From a phage, in the NCBI GenBank assembly GCA_024911895.1, contig GCA_024911895.1_3948.1: 64,000 bases of DNA. One strand, 5' to 3'. Both the position numbers and the translations under genes were made by a program. This document shows, in pieces, positions 60,728 through 64,000 of the stretch. Position 1 is the first letter of the stretch. Every line of letters starts with the position of its first letter. The notes under the pieces are model-generated. The model worked only from the letters and a program-made list of their open reading frames with translations, searched no databases and had not been told where the DNA came from.

Positions 60728-62080
60728 TTATTCGTAAGCCACTGTACCTTTCAAGTCAACATCCAAGATAGCTCCTGCTAAGATACCTGAGAAGGTAACG
60801 TCTTTCAGGATACGAGCTTTCTTGTCTGCTAAAGCAACTTGAGAGGCTTTAGGAACATTAACTGTGTAAGATGACAGGAAGTTTCTGTTGACTGCTCTTT
60901 GCAGAGAGGTTTCAATGACTTGACGAATACGGGTAATACCAGTATCATCATAAGTAATCTTACCACCCTTCTGGTTAATTAGCAAGTCTCTCAGAGAAGT
61001 TTTCAGGTCTGATTCTAACCAGTCAACACCACGGATGATATCAATCCATTCCCCACCAGAAGTAATCCCTCTACGAACCACTGGAACACCACCATCAAGG
61101 TCAATAAAGTTACAGTGACGTGCATCTAAAGCTGACTTCTGAATACTTGTCAGAGGTCTCTTATTAGCTGGCTGTAGAGAAGCAGCTACACCAGTTAGCT
61201 GTGCATTGCCCCAAGCAATCGAACCTGCATCATATGGAGCACCATAAGCAGTGTATGCCATTTCTGGATAGTCTTCTGCTGCTGTGTGATGCCACAAGCA
61301 AACGGTACGAGTGTACTGACTCTTAGCAAGCTGTGCTGGAACATCATTTGCACTAGCTAATTCTGTACCTTGCAGTGCTGTTACATCAGAGTTAGCTGTA
61401 AAGAAAATCTTCTTACGAGCTTGAATCTCAGAAGCCATTGCTAAGACAAACTGTTGAGTTCTGTCTTCTGCTGCAATGAAATACCAGTCAGTTGAATAAG
61501 CTTCAATAGCTGCCAGAGCAGTTGATGCTGTATCAGCAGTTGTACTTGCAATTGACACTGTTTGTGCTGTAGTGGTAACCTTCACGAAGTCGTTCACACC
61601 AGCTTTGGTGATTACCATTGTTGCTGAACCGCCAGCACCAGTTACATTGACAGTGACCTTATCTTTAATTGTTGGGTCAGCTTCAATCTGTGTTTTAAGC
61701 TGCTGTAACACCTTCTCAGCAGTATCTTCTGACTGTGAAGTGTACTGGAATGGTTGAGAAACTCCACCGCCCACAGCTACAGTTAAAGAATAATTGGTGC
61801 TTTCAGTAACAGAGTCAGGAATTGATACAGTGTACTGCATAGCACGTCTACCAATATAAAGCTGGGTTACTTTAGGAGTCTGACTCCAAAGTTGTTTAGC
61901 AGCCTTATATGCAGCAGAATTTTCATCGAAATCTTCAGCAACTTCAGTTAAGGAAGTGTAACCACGGACTCTTTCTTCAAAGTTATCTGTTGAAGCTAAA
62001 AATAGTGGTAGCCCAAAACCTTCTCTTGTAGTTCCTGCGGTGTTCAATGTAATATCTACATTAACAATTGGATTCCACAT
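60728..62080 (-). CDS. tail sheath protein
   Basis: 450 aa, directly upstream of the tube gene in a myovirus-type tail module. Confidence 0.5.
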   Translation of the reverse strand: MWNPIVNVDITLNTAGTTREGFGLPLFLASTDNFEERVRGYTSLTEVAEDFDENSAAYKAAKQLWSQTPKVTQLYIGRRAMQYTVSIPDSVTESTNYSLTVAVGGGVSQPFQYTSQSEDTAEKVLQQLKTQIEADPTIKDKVTVNVTGAGGSATMVITKAGVNDFVKVTTTAQTVSIASTTADTASTALAAIEAYSTDWYFIAAEDRTQQFVLAMASEIQARKKIFFTANSDVTALQGTELASANDVPAQLAKSQYTRTVCLWHHTAAEDYPEMAYTAYGAPYDAGSIAWGNAQLTGVAASLQPANKRPLTSIQKSALDARHCNFIDLDGGVPVVRRGITSGGEWIDIIRGVDWLESDLKTSLRDLLINQKGGKITYDDTGITRIRQVIETSLQRAVNRNFLSSYTVNVPKASQVALADKKARILKDVTFSGILAGAILDVDLKGTVAYE

Positions 62081-62680
62081 TTATTTTACCCCTTTGGAGT
62101 CTACATCTAGATGGATAGTATATTCTGGTGGCTCTTGTCCTTCTCCGTAAACCAATTCACCATCAACAATGACACGTTCAATAATACCTCCACGTTCATC
62201 TTTCAGGACTGAATTTTTTACAAGAGTTACAACAAGAGGTGCAGAATTTTCGAAATCTGTATTAAGATAAGTATAGTCATTTGGTATAGCTCCAGTATCT
62301 AGAACTGTAGCTCCTGTCTCTTCAAGGATTAAATCTCTGACTGAACTCATCTCTAATCGTTGTTTAAGCTCAAGTATAATACTGTGAGCACCTTTACCAT
62401 TTACCGTAATTAATACTGGAATCTGAAAAGCAATTCTGTAGCAAACTACATCATCCTCAACAAACTTATCAAGAACCCAACCATAAGGTGTTGCAGCATC
62501 TTGACAATATACGGTAATAAATGGTTGGTCAGGTTTTAAACCTTTGTCATTTGAGTTATCAGAAGGGTAAGCTCTAATTACATTTGGTCTATTATTTTTA
62601 TCACGAGCTAGTCTGTGACCAATAACATCCACTAAGGTTCTAACTAGACCTTTTTCAAGTTCTGCTGTTTCTAACTGCAT
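62081..62680 (-). CDS. tail completion / sheath terminator-like protein (199 aa)
   Basis: synteny upstream of the sheath gene. Confidence 0.3.
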   Translation of the reverse strand: MQLETAELEKGLVRTLVDVIGHRLARDKNNRPNVIRAYPSDNSNDKGLKPDQPFITVYCQDAATPYGWVLDKFVEDDVVCYRIAFQIPVLITVNGKGAHSIILELKQRLEMSSVRDLILEETGATVLDTGAIPNDYTYLNTDFENSAPLVVTLVKNSVLKDERGGIIERVIVDGELVYGEGQEPPEYTIHLDVDSKGVK

Positions 62681-63056
62681 TCATTTTATCCCTTCTAATA
62701 ATGATATATTCATAATGGGACGTATGGGCTAATTGCTGTGACCAATCCATAGTCATAAATACTTCATACTCATGACCATCAATCATAACAATGTCAGACT
62801 CATTCCACTCTACATCATCTGAAGTTCTAAGTTTATATGTGGTATACAGGATTCTTGTATCGGTAAGCCTGATACCTTCCGGTAAAGCAATCTGTGTACC
62901 ATTCTTTACAGAACCTTTGATATATGGCTGGATATTACCTTTGCAGTTAACCTCTACAATATCTTGTGAAGCTACCCAATCACCATCATCATTATAATAA
63001 CCGTCTTCAGAGACTTTACGCTTTACTACAAAGCTGTGTCTGTTTAAGAGTCTCAT
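62655..63056 (-). CDS. neck / head-tail joining protein (133 aa)
   Basis: synteny. Confidence 0.3.
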   Translation of the reverse strand: MRLLNRHSFVVKRKVSEDGYYNDDGDWVASQDIVEVNCKGNIQPYIKGSVKNGTQIALPEGIRLTDTRILYTTYKLRTSDDVEWNESDIVMIDGHEYEVFMTMDWSQQLAHTSHYEYIIIRRDKMNAVRNSRT

Positions 63057-63535
63057 TTTTTAATACCCTTCTTAGTAGAAATTTTATAAGCAAGGTTCTC
63101 CCTTAAGTCACCTGTCTCAACAAGAGGTGCATTAAAGCCTTTTTTCTTGACTGTGGAAGGTGCGTTAGGAGGGAGGATAGCAGAGTTACCAAAACCTCTT
63201 TTAATTGCCTTTTGAGCATTCTTTGCAAATGCTTCTAAGGTATCTGAAGGGTCTGTGTTGAGACTGCTAAGTTGCTTATATAGATTCTTCTTAGTCTGCT
63301 CTAACAAGGTCTGTTTGTTTAGCATCATAGTGATTTCAAACAACCTACGATATACTTTACCAGAAGCTGAAGGAACCCCAATAACTTCTTGTAAATACAT
63401 TAAAGCAGGATAAGAAAAACCAGAGCTATGTTGACCTTGTTCTTGAAAATACCCAACTTGAGCATTAGCCGTTTGCAAGTTCTTCATAGCCCCGACTAAT
63501 TTTGCTCTAGCGGGGTGAATAACCCTTTTAACCAT
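63053..63535 (-). CDS. virion morphogenesis / head-tail connector-associated protein (160 aa)
   Basis: synteny; ATGA-type overlaps with neighbours. Confidence 0.3.
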   Translation of the reverse strand: MVKRVIHPARAKLVGAMKNLQTANAQVGYFQEQGQHSSGFSYPALMYLQEVIGVPSASGKVYRRLFEITMMLNKQTLLEQTKKNLYKQLSSLNTDPSDTLEAFAKNAQKAIKRGFGNSAILPPNAPSTVKKKGFNAPLVETGDLRENLAYKISTKKGIKK

Positions 63536-63984
63536 TATTCATCTCGCTCGATAATAAATACGCCATTAACACGGTTGCAGTAATCTCTGCCTTCGTATCT
63601 GGCAGCATCACCATATTCTGTGTATTTCTTGACAGAGCAAGGATTCTGACGACGCATGTCAATATCACACTGATTAATACCACCTGCATAGGGTAGTCCT
63701 GAAACAGAGCTTTTAACAAGGTCGTCATAAACAGCTTTCAGAGACTTGAATCTGGAAGAGTTACGTAAATAAACACCACCAACCTTCTCATCTCCCATCT
63801 TGGCTACTTGAAAGAGTAAATATTTAAGAGCTTTGATGGCTGCTTTCTTTTCATCCTTTCCAGATTCTAGATAGAACCACTCTAGCACAGACTGCTCAAT
63901 AAGAATTTCATCATTATTGGTGTCTGTGCAGAGGATTCTTACTCTATCAAGAGGGTTATTGGCTGGGTCGCCTGTATAACACAT
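63535..63984 (-). CDS. head completion / neck protein (149 aa)
   Basis: AAGGAGGG RBS upstream at 63990..63997; synteny. Confidence 0.35.
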   Translation of the reverse strand: MCYTGDPANNPLDRVRILCTDTNNDEILIEQSVLEWFYLESGKDEKKAAIKALKYLLFQVAKMGDEKVGGVYLRNSSRFKSLKAVYDDLVKSSVSGLPYAGGINQCDIDMRRQNPCSVKKYTEYGDAARYEGRDYCNRVNGVFIIERDE

Positions 63985-64000
63985 TCATAACCCTCCTTAC

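Overview
This window reads as a contiguous piece of a virulent, AT-rich myovirus genome whose gene content resembles Felix O1-type (Ounavirinae) phages; that assignment is an inference from gene content, not a database hit. Layout: (i) 1-1050, a non-coding region dense in helically phased TAACAG/TAACAAG iterons and other short repeats; (ii) 1100-6800 (minus strand), about 15 small early ORFs, each preceded by one of two families of ~85-bp hairpin-plus-leader cassettes; (iii) 6800-7300, a non-coding region with a sigma70-like promoter and four CTGCAC..TGAAAATGA direct repeats; (iv) 7300-37700 (minus strand), a macro-domain protein, a possible overlapping spanin pair, HAD phosphatase, secreted SLT-domain protein, rIIA/rIIB, a Nampt-like and Prs-like NAD-salvage pair split by an HNH endonuclease, NrdG/NrdD/glutaredoxin/NrdB/NrdA, 5'-3' exonuclease, SSB-like protein, primase-helicase and dNMP kinase; (v) 37900-47100 (plus strand), family A DNA polymerase, an HNH-AP2 endonuclease, an outer-membrane-type lipoprotein, ATP-dependent ligase, an HTH protein, DHFR and thymidylate synthase; (vi) 47100-64000 (minus strand), the late tail module: sheath, tube, a chaperone pair with a -1 frameshift site, tape measure, baseplate, two tail fibers and two small membrane proteins. 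The most interesting candidates are the Prs-like/Nampt-like pair (possible NAD+ reconstitution/anti-defence module) with the nearby macro-domain protein, the early-region cassette array, and the phased iteron array. No tRNA, rRNA or CRISPR array was found. All functional calls rest on motifs read by eye and on synteny; nothing was searched against a database.
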